From NCBI RefSeq assembly GCF_009914755.1, contig NC_060930.1: a DNA stretch of 64,000 nucleotides; one strand, written 5' to 3'. Positions 15,929 through 29,675 of this stretch are shown piece after piece. The translations under genes and the position numbers were made by a program. The first letter of the stretch is position 1; each line of letters starts with the position of its first letter. Below the pieces are notes generated by a model that had not been told where the DNA came from, made no database searches, and worked only from the letters and a program-made list of their open reading frames with translations. This stretch comes from the human T2T-CHM13v2.0 reference genome, Homo sapiens.

Positions 15929-18900
15929 TCCTGAGTTGTCTTCAGAGAACCAAAGGCAAATCCCTCCGACAAGGCAGAGATTAAGAAAGTACAATTTTTT
16001 TTCACCTTCTGTCCAGTTGTGTGCCTCTGTTTAGGGTCCTATAAACTGGCCAGAAGGAAAACAAAGTTATTCCTACAATTATCAAGATTGGTAACACTCG
16101 ATAGCATTCATCAATGAATGACCGTCTCACTGGAGTCCTTTTGATGCAAATGCATGTCCTAACCTCTTTCTTTCCACTCCTCTTGGCCAAAGGGGATGCA
16201 GTGGTGTTTTCTTCCTACTGGTATCCAAAAAGTTTCTTTTGTGTATCTCACAGCACCCAGACAACAACTCTGTAGATTGTCTATAAAAAGTCTTCTCTTT
16301 ATTATCATTCAAGGCCTTGGCAGTCAGCCAAATTTCACTTGGAAGTTTTACTAGCATCTTCTGTGCTCCAATCAATTGCCTTATTTTCCTTTACAGCCTA
16401 AAGGGTCTAAGAGTTTATTTGGTAAATACCTATTGAGTGTCTTCCGTGAGCCAGACACTGTTCTGGGTTCTGAGGCTAATGTAGTAAACAGTAGAAAACA
16501 GTAAATCTCATGTAGCTTGTATTATAGTAGTGGAGGAAATCAACAAATAAACAAGCAGATTTATACATCAGGTAGAAATAGGTTGCAATGAAGCAAAATA
16601 AAGCTGAGTGAGGAGAAAGAAATTCATCTCTAACATCCCAGCAAGTCCCCAATTTCCCTTGCACTAATTAGAGTTACATTTCCCTTTTCCCAAGCGTCTC
16701 TTCACTTAGATGTACTACTTATAACTTAAATACTACATTTCCAAAAGAAAGCCAAACACCAACTCCCTTTTGACCTTTTTTTTTTCTTTAAAAGCAGCAA
16801 TATGCCCCTGGCAAACAAATTTCTGAGAATCAACTTTGAACCTTTTCTTTTCCTCCCTTTCCCCCATGTTCAAAAACTTGCCATGAACTATGTTTTCTAC
16901 CTCTTTGTCCATTCATCTCAAATTCATTGACATCTTTCCTTCCTCATTCTCCTAATTCTAATTCAGGCTTTTAGTAATTCCTGTCTGTCTTTCACATTTT
17001 CTGTTAAGCATTGAAATTACACAGACAATATGCCAAGTCGCATGAAAGAAAACATCTCTCATAACTTTAAAAAAACATCGTTGTTATCAGTCATACAAGA
17101 TGGGGATGAGAATATAAATAATTTTCAGAAGAAAGGACTGCTTAAATACTTATTTGGTGTCCTGCATAAATTATCAGACATGAAGCACATGAACTAAATC
17201 TTGAAGGATGCTACCCTCTTAAAGATACATTACAAAAAAGCCCCGAAATACCACATTGGCAACTATCACTGGCAAATTCAGCAAAGGTAGTTTCTGATAA
17301 GTTATTGTTTACATCCAAATATTTCTACAGTATTAGATCAAAGAAGAATCTAATACTGTAGATCCTTACAGTATTAGATGGGAAGAACATAAAGAGCAAA
17401 TTTTCTAGAAAGAACAGAGTAAAAGATGCTGGAGAACAAATAACAGAAGGAGGAATCTACAACCAATAAGGAACTCAAAGCAAGAACTTAAGACTTTTGT
17501 TAAATTAATAATTTAGAAAGTACATAAAAATGTGATTTGATGCTTTTGATCACTGTTGATAACGTTCCAAAAATGTACTAGAATGGCATCAGTCAAATGC
17601 AGAAATATCTTTTTCAATATACATACAAAGGAAATAGAATACCTGGTTTCTACTCTCATCCTCAGATGTTGTGTGACTCAAGATAAAACTCTATAAATCT
17701 GTACTGATTTGTAAAATTAAGATAATTATTCCTACCAATCTCAAAGTAATTTTGTGAAGATAAATGATATCACTTGAAAGGGCTTCAGGAACTATTAAGT
17801 ATTTTGTAATTTGGGGAATTTAGTTTATTTTTAAGGATATAAGGAGATTCTTGATAGATAGAAGTTACTCTTTTCTAAATAATGCAGAGATAAACTACGA
17901 CCCAAACATCTAGCTGCCATCAAAATTACCTGGACAAAGATCTGTCAAATGTTTTATGACCCTTATTGCTCAGAGAAGTTTTAGAATATGCAGTAGTCTC
18001 TTTAGAGCCTGAATAAATGTCATTATATAAAAGAAACTGAAAACAGAAAAAGATGGTATTATGGGTATCTTAAAAATGTAAGCTAACCCCAGTAATTCAA
18101 TTTTTGAGAAGGAAAAAATACCTCTACCTCTCTATCTACATGGCACCCCAAAAAGTTCCATATGTGGTTGAAGAACCCTTCCATAAAAGGTGAGAAGAAT
18201 CAAGTCTCTCTGTGCTGACCCCCATAATCTTAACTGTAATGGTTGGTTGGATCCAGTTGATGCCTATTCTTCTCCCTGAGGTCTTTAGGAAGACATCCAA
18301 ACAATTTCTGAGAAGAAGTGCACATGGAAATTGACTGTACACTGTCTCCTTGGCTGTGAACTCAAGCATGTAGGTAAAATAAACTACAGAAAATATGCCC
18401 TCTACTTCTGATTTAAATTTGAATGCCCCCTCATGAGTGAAATGGTAAAAATCCAGCCTGGTTACATTCAGAGCTGCTTCTTTTCTCATCTTGGTTCTGG
18501 GTCACCCTCTGTTGGAACTTCTTCCATACCCAGGCCATCAGCATGGTCCGAATAATCAGAATGATCACAGTCCTTCCATCAGAGCTTTAGTGCCGTCCTC
18601 CCTAATCTGAGGGTTGTAAGCCATCTCTCTCTACCTACACAGCATACAGATCATGGTTAATAAGAGCAAGCCCCAGGCCACTCAAGCTCCATTCGCATCA
18701 CAGGCTCAGGACACCCTCATTTCCCTCCTGGCCTTTTCTTGTGTCTTTGGAAGGTCTACATGGCTTCTGACTCAAGCTTTGCTGTCCATTTTTGGTCCTA
18801 ATTCTATCCATTGGACTTGAAGATTCATCTTGTTTTCTTCACATTATCCCTTGGTTCACCCGAAGATCTTTGGTTCATAATTATCATCTATTCTTTTTCT

Positions 18901-19256
18901 GCCATCCCTCCTAAATCCCTGTAATCAAGTTAATTAAATATTTCAAAACAAACTCAATAATAATAACAACAGCAGCAGCAGCAATAAAAATACTAATAAA
19001 CCTGAGTTTGACTTGGATCTCAATTTCAGTGGAGACCTTACTGTTTTTGTCTGCCCTGATCTTGATCTATTGTAACCCACTCTCCACCACCATGGTAGAG
19101 ACCATCCTACTAAGAGGGAAGCTCAGAGCAGTGAAGCTCTAACTCGGTAAATACCTCTTAGAAAACTAGTCCTTAATTTAGTCTCATTGTCAACAAGAGC
19201 CCATCCAGATAAACAGGAATTTAGACACTATCTGCAAAAAATCCCCAGTCTTAAAC

Positions 19257-19305
<49 letters not shown>

Positions 19306-19340
19306 ATATATATGTGTATATATATGTATATATGTATATA
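19257..19340. repeat. (TA)n/(TATG)n microsatellite in place of the Alu tail
   Basis: Directly visible and abuts the 3' end of the minus-strand Alu. Confidence 0.95.
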
Positions 19341-19621
19341 TTTGAGACGGAGTTTCCCTCCTGTCACCCAGCTGGAGTGCAATGGCATGATCTCTGCTCA
19401 TTGAAACTTCTGCCTCTGGTGTTCAAGCAATACTCCTGAGCCTCCCGAGTAGCTGGGATTACAGACACGCACCACCATGCCCAGTTAATTTTTGTATTTT
19501 TAGTAGAGACGGGGTTTCACCATGTTGGCCAGGCTGGTCTTCAACTGCTGACCTTAGGTGACCCATCTGCCTCAGCCTCCCACAGTGCTGGGATTACAGG
19601 CGTGAGCCACGGCACCCAGCC
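19341..19621 (-). mobile_element. AluS (Sq/Sp-like)
   Basis: tttgagacggagtttc...gctgggattacaggcgtgagccac, both arms present. Confidence 0.93.
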
Positions 19622-20152
19622 AATAATTTTTTTAAGTGCAAACTTTAAATAGAGTCACTGTGTAATTATTACACAGTTCTTCTGGTACTGTTTATATTAG
19701 CTAAGGTACAATGTAGAAGACAAAAGAGGCAATGTAGAAGACAAAAGAGGATCACACTCTTTTGATCCATCTCCTGTAAAATACTTGCTATAGTTCTATA
19801 GTTGTCCCAAATTAAGAATTTTCTGTCTTCTCTTTCTGCTATGCTGCATGGCTTAGAATTATAAAGAAATTTTGAATTTTTTGAGGGGCTCTTAATTTTC
19901 TTCTTTTACACCATATGTCTCATCCAGGACTCTACACTCTCCTTATTTTATCCTCATACCAATTATATGCGATAAATATGATAACTCCTATTTTAAGAGA
20001 TGTTAAGTTGTTTATCCAAGGTCACATAGCTGGCAAAGGGAAAAGCAGAATTAAACCCTGGTCCTTCTAATATCAGGGTCTCTGTTTTTGTCATTATGCC
20101 ATTCCACTTTGGAAGAGAAGAGACATTCTGCCTTGGTAAAAGGGTTTCCCAT

Positions 20153-20655
20153 GCAAAAAAGAAATGCAGTATCAAGCCATGAAAAGTCCTGGTGGAATCT
20201 TACATGCATATTACTAGGTGAAAGAAGCCAGCCAGAAAGGGCTACATGCTATATGAGTCCAGTGACATGACATTCTGTAGAAGGCAAAATTATAAAGACA
20301 GTAAAAAGATCAGTGATTGCCGGGGGTTGGGGGAGGAAAGGATGATTAGGAGGAGCACAGGGGAATTTTAGGGCAGCGAAACTGTTACGGTACTCTAATG
20401 GTAGATACATGTCACGCATTTATCAAAACCCATAGAATGTACAACACCAAGAATAAACATTAATGTAAACTATGGACTTTGGATGATGATGATGTGTCAA
20501 TGTAGGTTCACTGATTGTAATAAATGTACCATTCTAGTGTAGGCTATTCATAGTGGAGGATGTTGTGTTTGTGTGGGGGCAGGAAATATACAGGAATTAT
20601 CTGTACTTTCTGCTCCATTTTTCTGTGAACCTAAAACTGCTCTAAAAAAATAAAG
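20153..20655 (+). mobile_element. L1MC-type 3' end
   Basis: tcaagccatgaaaag..catattactaggtgaaagaagcca..taatgtaaactatggactttgg..tgtgaacctaaaactgctctaaaaaaataaag. Confidence 0.85.
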
Positions 20656-20991
20656 TTTTTTTCTAAGAGAAAACAAAGGATTTCCCCACTACACAGACAT
20701 CACGGACTTTATGTTACTTTGCACCCTGCTCCAGTTTCTATCTGTAGCACCCCAAATATTAATAAGAGAATAACTAGAAAAAAGTAAGCCAATAGAAGGA
20801 GATGCTAGGAAAGAAGTAATGGGTGTCCTAGGGCATTTTGATTGTCTCTATTTGACTTTCTTTCTCCTTCCTCTTATCTTGTTGGCCTTGTGTTCTTTTG
20901 TTTCTTTTATCCCCACTCTAAAACCTCTTTATTCACAAATGAAAAAGAAAAAACAAAAACTAAACTTTTTCACAGTACTTTTAGAATTGAC

Positions 20992-21800
20992 TGTTCCAGT
21001 TACCATTGCTGCCAAAACTTAGTGGTATAAAGCAACCATTTATTACGCTCATAGGCTCTGTGGGTTAATAACTCAGACAGGCACAGAGGGGATGGCTTGC
21101 CTCTGTTCTCTGATGTCAGAAACCTGAGCTGAAAAGATTCCAAGACTGAGCTGACTCAACAGTGAGGGTCTAGAATCATTTAAGGGACACTTGTTTGACC
21201 CACAGCCCACAGGCTACATGCAGCCCAGGACAGCTTTGAATACATCCTAAAACAAATTTGTAAATTTTCTTAAAACATTATGAGATTTTTTGGCATTTTT
21301 TTTTTTGGCTCACCAGCTATCGTTAGTATCAGTGTATTTTATGTGTGACCCAAGACAATTCTTCTTCTTCTAATGTGGCCCAGGGAAGCCAAAAGACTGG
21401 ACACCCCGATTGAAAGGTATTTTATTTCCCACACCTGGATTTGGATGCTGGCTATCAGCTGATACATTAGTTATACTGTTACTGAAACACTTATCCATTG
21501 GTCCTTCATTGATCTCTCCATGCGGGCTAGCTTGGGCTTCCTTGTGGCATCATGGCTGTGTTCCAAGAGAGAACATCCCAAAAGAGCAAGATAAAAGTGC
21601 ATGACACTTTTATGGTCTGACCTTAGAAGCCCCATAGTGTCATTTATAGCATAGTCAAAGCTGCCAGAAATGTCTGCCCATGTTCAAGAGGAAGAGACAT
21701 ACTCAAACCATTGTATGGGAGGAAGGTCAAAGTCACATTGTAAAAACATATAAAATAGGAGATACTCTTACCGCCATTTTGGAAAATATAATCTGCCACA
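20992..21800 (-). mobile_element. MLT1H-like LTR interrupted by MER30
   Basis: Termini tgttccagttaccattgctg and ggaaaatataatctgccaca. Confidence 0.7.
21186..21408 (-). mobile_element. MER30 (hAT-Charlie MITE)
   Basis: ccaagacaattcttcttcttctaatgtggcccagggaagccaaaagactggacacccc matches the recalled MER30 terminus. Confidence 0.85.
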
Positions 21801-22416
21801 GTAACTCTTATTATATCTTATTGTATCTTACATTGCTAAGTATGTATTGAATTTGAATATTTGGTTAGACTGTTCCACATGTTTACCTCTGATTGTTTAA
21901 GATGGTAAACCACATTTGGCAGGGACAGCAATGTTGAGTTAATTTACATGACCTCCACCATAGTACCTTGCGCTTGGTAACCATAACATGTAATATTATT
22001 ACTAGTGCTGCAATTGCTCATAGATACATGCACTTGAGTGGTCATTATTTATATTTATATGCTGTAACATTTTGTAGCATGTCACAGAAAATCTACACTA
22101 ACCAAAAAGGCATATAGCATCTCTATTGTGTAGATGAATTCTATTACTCCAATTAGGTCTTGGTTGTTTGAAAATAGTACATCATTTTTTCTACCAAGTG
22201 AATAAATTCTTGTAAGGCAATAATTGAATCTTACAATGAGCAGTGGGGGAGGGGGGCAGCGGAATCACTACCTTGAAGGAACTATCATTTCTTCCATTTC
22301 TTTTTTCTTCACAATTAGTTACTTTTAGAAGTTTAATAGATTATTACTAATAAAAGGTTTATTAGTAATCTGTGTGGGGCCTTGATCATGGATGTATATC
22401 TCTTCTGAAAAGCTAA

Positions 22417-22521
<105 letters not shown>

Positions 22522-24304
22522 TAAGTATTTTACTTGGAAGGTACTCTTCTGGGGTACTAAAGATAATCAAGTAACTGTATCACGATACAAAATTGATGGC
22601 ATGCAGCTTTTGTTCAGTTATATTTTTCCAGTATTTTTTCTATTAATATTGTCTTGGCTGGGATAATTTTAATAACATTTTTCCATGAATTTTTCTTATT
22701 TGACTTATAAGAAATGCCATTTCTAAAGTTATATTTAGTCTTACATAAGTATCACCTACATGGCTCAAAAGCCTATGTTAATTATCTACCACTTCTTTGA
22801 GTTGCCAAAAAGTTGTATTTTTTGAAAATGATATAATGTAGGCAGTTATATATAATTATATATAAACCATATGTTCTGGTTTCAGTTTACAGTGGTTGTC
22901 CTGGCATAATTATTACTCTCAAAAGAGTTCTCATTTAGATGATAAATAATAGGTTCACCCTAGTTATATGTAGTGTTAAGAAAATAAAAAACTGAGTAAT
23001 ACACTTTCTCTATCATTTTTCTGATGTAAAAGTGAAAATGAACTGGAACATTAACACTGAAATTTATCGAACCCTTAACTCTAGCACTCAGGAGAGCAGA
23101 CATACAATCAGAGCCTGATTTTTATATCTGTGTTTAGGCAAATTCCCTTGGATAACAACTGATAACAAATTCTATATATCAGCATCAAGTGATATGCTGA
23201 ATTGCAAGCGAAGATCAAAATAGAAAGTAAGATTCCAATTCATTTTAAAATGTGAACTTCTCTTTGAAGATATGTGTTTGTTGTCGTTGTCCTCCACCAT
23301 TGAATCATTTTACCTTTTAATATCTTTAGTGTGTAGGATAATAAATGGAGTTTGGGAGTAAGTATTGCTCCTCCAAAGAAATTAATCTTTAAACATCCCC
23401 TTTTTAAGCTTCTCTTTAAAAAAAGAATAATCTTGCACCGTGCCTGCCTTTTTCTTTGTGTCACTTGTAGTTCTCTGAAATCATTTGCTAATAGCACCCA
23501 TAAAACAGACTTTAGCAGTTCAGAAATCAACCAGTATGTTGCTTCATTCAAAGCATTGCTTCTGTAAACACTGTATTACACATTTCCTCTTTTACATCCT
23601 CACAACGACTGCACTAATTCATGCAAGTATGACCTGTTAAGTTTTTCGGTCTCTTCCTTATTTCAGAACCTCCATTGTATCCTCCATATGGCTGCCAAAT
23701 TAATCTTCCTAAAGTACTGCGCTGATGATTTCACTTCCCTACTTCAAAGCTATCAAGGAGTCCCTATTACCTACTGTTGAAACAGTATCTCTTCTCTTCA
23801 ACTCTTAATAATGTTTGAGTCCCAACCATATGCAGATGACACTGGAGATATTAGGAAAATGTAGTAATGAATAAGAACTAGCCCTGTCCTCCTGAAGTTT
23901 ATAATCTATTGAGAGCATAAACAGTCTGATAGCTCCCCTTAGCCATTTTTTTCTTGCCTTATCCAAATATGATATGTATTTTTCCAATTCATGCTGTTCT
24001 CTTGACAACAAACATCATCTTTTTTCCAAATTCCACTCTTTGAAACCCCACTATCCTTTGAATTTTCTTAAGATATATTCCTTTATGAAACATTTGTTAA
24101 TCTTTTCTCCTCTAATATTTCTTTTATTTCTTTCCCCATGTACTACAGTTGTTTGCTATGCATGCCATACCTTCCTTCCCTATCCCCCCAGAAAGATTCT
24201 TGATAGCTACAACAACAAAACATGATCAATCCTTCACACTCTTTACCATTCTTCTCAATATTTTATGTAACATTCTATAAAGTGTTCTATTTAAAAAGGC
24301 AATC

Positions 24305-24545
24305 AGGACTAGTGGTTAAGACGACCTACTGAAGGCATACTGTCTGAGATTAAATTCCCTCCGACCGTGGGCATGTAACTTTGTTTGAATAACTCTATTT
24401 AATTTTACCAAGCCTAAGTTTCCTCACCTGCAAAATAGAGATCGCATACAGACTTTATCTGATTGCTCTGAAATTATATGAAAGAATATATATAAAGCAC
24501 ATGAAACGTAGGATATGTCACATAGTAAGTGCTTAATAAACATAA
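24305..24545 (+). mobile_element. MIR
   Basis: tagtggttaaga..aagcctaagtttcctcacctgcaaaatagaga..catagtaagtgcttaataaa. Confidence 0.7.
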
Positions 24546-24674
24546 TTCATTAGTGGTAGAATAATGCTTGTGTTAATCAACATCACTCATGAAAAGGCTG
24601 TATCAAGTCAGAAGTAACATACACTGCAAGTCATTCCTAAAAGATCTCCTCTGTAAATGGTATATTATATATAA

Positions 24675-25005
24675 CAGCGGTCCCCTGGGCCGTGAATAGT
24701 CCTGGCCCATGGTCTGTTAGGAGCTGAGCACAGAGCAGGAGGTGAGCAGCAGGTGAGGGAACATTACTGCCTAAGCTCTGCCTCCTGTCTGATAAGCAGC
24801 AGTATTAGATTCTCATAGCAGTGTGAACCTTATTGTGAACTGCATGTGTGAGGGATCTAGGTTTTGTGATCCTTATGAGAATCTAATGCCTGATGATCTG
24901 AGGTGGAACAGTTTCATCCTGAAACCATTCCCCCCAACCCTGGTCTATGGGAAAATTGTCTTCCACAAAACCAGTCTCTGGTACCAAAAAGGTTGAGGAC
25001 TGCTG
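24675..25005 (+). mobile_element. MER1B (hAT-Charlie)
   Basis: Termini CAGCGGTCCC...GGACTGCTG, internal attagattctcatag..gagaatctaatgcctgatgatctg, and 8 bp TSD atatataa/acatataa. Confidence 0.88.
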
Positions 25006-25064
25006 ACATATAACATCAGCTCAAGTAACATGTAATACTATATTTATGCTCAAGAGTAGAATAT

Positions 25065-25397
<333 letters not shown>

Positions 25398-26801
25398 CTA
25401 CTAATAATATTACATAATATTTTACTGTATTGGCCAATATGAGTGACCAATAAATATGATCAAGCTGTAATAAATTAGAGGTAATCTCTCATCTAAAGAT
25501 AAACATGAGAATGCTAATTATATACAATTTAATATATTAAATTCAAATCAAGCATTTATAATTCTAATGGGCTTTAAAGAAGAGACTCTACAAAGATAGA
25601 TATCTTTGTCCAGAATTAAATTGCATAAGGACAAAACTTATGATTTTGTTAAACAGAGCACTTTAAATGCCAACTAAAAGTTATAAAAAATATATTGTTT
25701 TCCTCTTTACTGCATGAGAGTGGTAAAATTGTATCAGAGATTTCAAGTCTCACTGGTCATGAAATAAGTAAATGTTTAATGGAATTCAAATTTAGGAAGT
25801 TATGTATACTTAAGGTACATTTAAAAATTACTAGTCAAAATACTCCAATCATTCCTTCCACAAAACATCCCATAGGAGACCTCGGATCCTAGAACAGTAA
25901 GGTTTTATTTTACAGACGAGGAAACTCAACCCAATAAAAGGAAAACAAAAGTCACACAACTTGTTACTGGTGCAGCCATGATTATCAACGGGTTTTCCTG
26001 ACCCCTTCAGTTAGTGTTCTTTCCAAATTCTTAGACAGACTGTGAGTTTGACCTGGTATTACATTCTGATTTTTAATTTGCTTGTTTGTATTCTTAACAC
26101 TAACTTAGCTGCCACATTTCCATACATGGCTGTGCCTCTCTCCCTTTTCTGCATTCTGTTTATTTCTTTTTTATTTTACATTACGCACTGTTAAATGAAG
26201 GGCCTTTTCAACTTCATAGCCCACAAGACCAATCATCTGAGAGCCACTGCTTATTCAAATCTAGTGAAAAACCAAAACTGACACACCTATAAACCTCATC
26301 CCCTACTGAGAGGCAGAGAACTTAGCATCTCCTATGTCTTTATCATTTAGAGTGTACCTTCTGTCAACCTGCCATAAATATGTCTTGTAAAGTAAGAGTA
26401 ATTTAACTTCAGGGGCCAGTCCAAACACCCTAAAAATATTATATAGCAAATGGAAACACAAGCTCTTCCTTGGAAGGAAAACAAATGTTGAAAAGCAATA
26501 GGCATTTTTAGCTGTGGGGCTCCCACTGTTCCCAGCAAATCTTCTGTGGCCAAGATCCTGGACAAAGCTTTGAAAACACTGCTGTAACTGACCTACAGTC
26601 ACAGCTGTGTTTCAGTTCCTGCAAACAATGAATAGACAGTCCTCTTAAGTTGGGTGACTGTTCTTGGTTTGTAATTTTTCAGATGATGTATAACTAACCT
26701 AAAAAGGAAAGATTTTAATTATATTTTTCTTAAAGTTTGGTACATGTTGTTGAAACAAATCAATAACAACAAAGTTGCTGCACAAAAAAAATCCCATGTC
26801 T

Positions 26802-26851
26802 GCGTGCTCCAGCCCCGGCAACAGAGCTAGACTTTGTCTAAAAAAAAAAAA
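26802..26851 (+). mobile_element. Extremely 5'-truncated Alu with TSD
   Basis: ctccagcc..ggcaacagagc.agact.tgtct plus A-tail, between aaaaaaaatcccatgtct and aaaaaaaatcccgtgtct. Confidence 0.8.
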
Positions 26852-27271
26852 TCCCGTGTCTACAGCTTAAGTTTTTAACAAAATAGCTGCTTTGACTACC
26901 AGAGACCTATGTGACTGTCAGAGCAAGTAGAGATCTGATTGGGCTTCCAGCAATATAAGAATATCCTATAATATATCACACAACATTTGTAAACATTGCA
27001 TTCTTTTTGGCAGCCTAATTGTACAGAAGTACATATTCATTTCAGTTGTCCCTGGAAATAGATTCTAAATGACCAAAACTGGCCTCTCTATCCCTGCAAT
27101 TGCCATGAATAAAAAGAAAAGGAGGAAAATTATCTATTTAAAACCCAATTTGGGCTTCTTTTTTGTTTGTTTGTTTGTTTGCTCTTGTGCTTGGAAAGGT
27201 GAGAAAAGGTGGTGAGCAGCAGGCACCTGTCACTTTCCCCCTTGACTAAAAACATCTGTTCTCTCTCTCAG

Positions 27272-27281
27272 GTCAAAATAA
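27272..27281 (+). CDS. NKAIN2: NKAIN2 last exon, coding part (M-S-K-stop)
   Basis: Acceptor ttctctctctcAG with branch-like gactaa upstream. The junction AT|G TCA AAA TAA completes ...PMYMSK*. Confidence 0.94.
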
Positions 27282-29301
27282 TACAGATGACTTCAGTATG
27301 TCAGCCCATGGACCTTTCAAAGAACTTTTTTCGCAGTGGCCTCCTGCATTTCATGAAGAGCAAGAAGCAACTGAGTTTAAATACATACACGTATTAACAA
27401 AACAAATGCAAAGCCTCTACATACAACACTGACACACACACACACACACGTGAGCACGCACACACCAATTCCACTTGACCTCCTCTTTCTAACTGAAACA
27501 GACAAATATGCAGGACACGCCCATCTTGGATTTCCTGAAAGCAGGCCCCTTTCTCCCAGGCCTTCGGAAAGTTCAGAAGGAGATGTGTTGATGCCCAACG
27601 GTTGCCGGCCATTGCTAACTCCTCTGCAGCCCAGCGGGTTGGCCTCTGTGAGCTGGGAAGTCATCCAAGGCACATTAGTTTGAGAGCTCTGTCTTCTGCA
27701 CTCCATACATCTTGACAGCACCACGGCTACTTAGGCAATGTAATTGCAAAAACAAACGAAACATGCCATGATGACCTTGTACCCGAAGTCCGAAATGGCA
27801 GATTGTTTGCCCTAAAGGCTGTACCGTACATACTTGCCTTAACCCACCTACATTGTGTGCCCAAGAATCCCAGTGCAGACAGCCCCAAGCCACTTCCTTT
27901 AGGCTAACACACTGCTATTAATTCTAAATGAGTTCAAGCCTGTGTGTTTCATGTCAAGGAACAAGACTGAATAGCTCAGCAGCTCCAGTGTGTCTGTATA
28001 AGAAAAGTGCCAGCTGTCAGCAAAGTGCTTTACCATAGAGCCTCCATGGTGGCCCAAAAGAGACAAGTAACAATAACAATATCTGTCATCTTTATAATTC
28101 TAAAATATGGTCTTCTGATGGGGTTGGGGGTGGGACAGAGTAAAACATTAATCTACTAAACTCACTAATCTACTGGAAGCAGAAAGCAGAAATGGCTTAA
28201 CTCGCTGATTTTATTTATTGCACTCTAGGTGCTTTTATAAGTATCTACAATTGTCTTTTACTAACACAGAAACAGCTGTGGATTTCTATCAACAGAGGCC
28301 AACTGAATATGTATTAGCTATGTTTACTCTTTTATATCTAATTCAAATTGAAGACTCTACGTAGGTGAACTTTTTTTTCTAACTTCAGTGTACAAGATTA
28401 TTTTTGGGTGGGTGGGGGGAGCAATAGTTACCTTGGTGAAATATTTGAGATCTTTTTGTGGTATTTGGGGGATCTGTTGTGTGTTAGAGTGTATTTCAAC
28501 CCTCCTGTATTATTGTGGCAGAAAAACTGTGCTGTTAACGTAGTTGGCAACAAGATGCCTTTGGAAACTTAATAGTAGGTCAATGTGTTTATGGAATATT
28601 CTGAACTCCTAGGAAATTTTGTTCTATATTTTAAAGCATTATTTGGTTTTCATTAGTGGAAAACATAATTAGCTCAGGCTTATCAGGAACTCAGATGAGT
28701 CATATTTTTTCTTGGATACACCTGAGACATTAAACTCAATTTTTTAAAACTAACACACCATTCTTTAGTGCAGTGAAATTCAAAAGTTATAAATTGGCAT
28801 GGAGCAAGTTTTTTCTTTGATTTCTATGAAGTTTCAGTTATTGGATTAAACTACTTTAGACCTTAGCCCATTCGGATCTACATACACCAGTTCCATTACT
28901 GTGTTTGCATGGATGTCTGTAATATACACACACATATACATTTGAAAATGATAGAGGAACAAAGAGTTATCATTGGAACATAAACTATAAAAAAAGATTC
29001 CAGCACTCATGCTTGAATTTCCTCAGTGGGTTGTATGTTTGTCCATACATACATGTATAAAATAAACAATTGCAAACATGTCAGTGAAACCTCATATGAC
29101 GCTTTTATAGTGACATGCATGTTTAATGTATGAGAAAAATATTTACCAATGTATTGTCCTTTGAGTCCTAAAATATAAATACTATACATGCCAGAAACTA
29201 TTCTAATGTGACTTTTAATGTGACTATTAAAAATGAGGTTTCACTGTACATTCATGCTGTGATGCGATTTCACCTTATAGTACATGTATATGGGTACAGA
29301 A

Positions 29302-29307
29302 AATAAA
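29302..29307 (+). terminator. Candidate proximal polyadenylation signal AATAAA
   Basis: Canonical hexamer with TGTA motifs within ~60 nt upstream. Confidence 0.4.
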
Positions 29308-29669
29308 CCCTCATATTCCTGCTTTAAGTTACAGCCAAGTTTTCACCAAATCACAACTATCATCACCACCAAAATTTTAAAAAACAGTAGTTGACTACTA
29401 AAAAGTAATCAGTGGACAGGTCATTTATGGGATCAGTAAGCACAGTAGTGTGATTATATCTGGGAAAACATCTACAGTTGTACAGCTGTATCCTCCTCAA
29501 AATCCGGTGAAGAATGCTATTTTTCTAGGCTGAGCTTTTGTTATAAACTTAATATTCAGAAGGCAAGGGTTATGATCCTGATGTGTCCTTTTTTTTTGCA
29601 TTTGTTAATTCTGAATGTATTTTTAACAGAATGATTTTTTTGACTTACTAGTGTAATTTGCATTTTAAA

Positions 29670-29675
29670 AATAAA
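29670..29675 (+). terminator. Distal polyadenylation signal AATAAA
   Basis: Canonical hexamer with U-rich and TGTA elements upstream, at the end of the repeat-free UTR block. Confidence 0.7.

Noticed and set aside
22846-22865. Perfect 20-bp palindrome ttatatataattatatataa
   Set aside because: Low-complexity TA sequence, expected by chance.
27716-27732. RE1/REST-like CAGCACCACGG in the 3'UTR
   Set aside because: The right half reads CTAC rather than ACAG, so the match is only partial.
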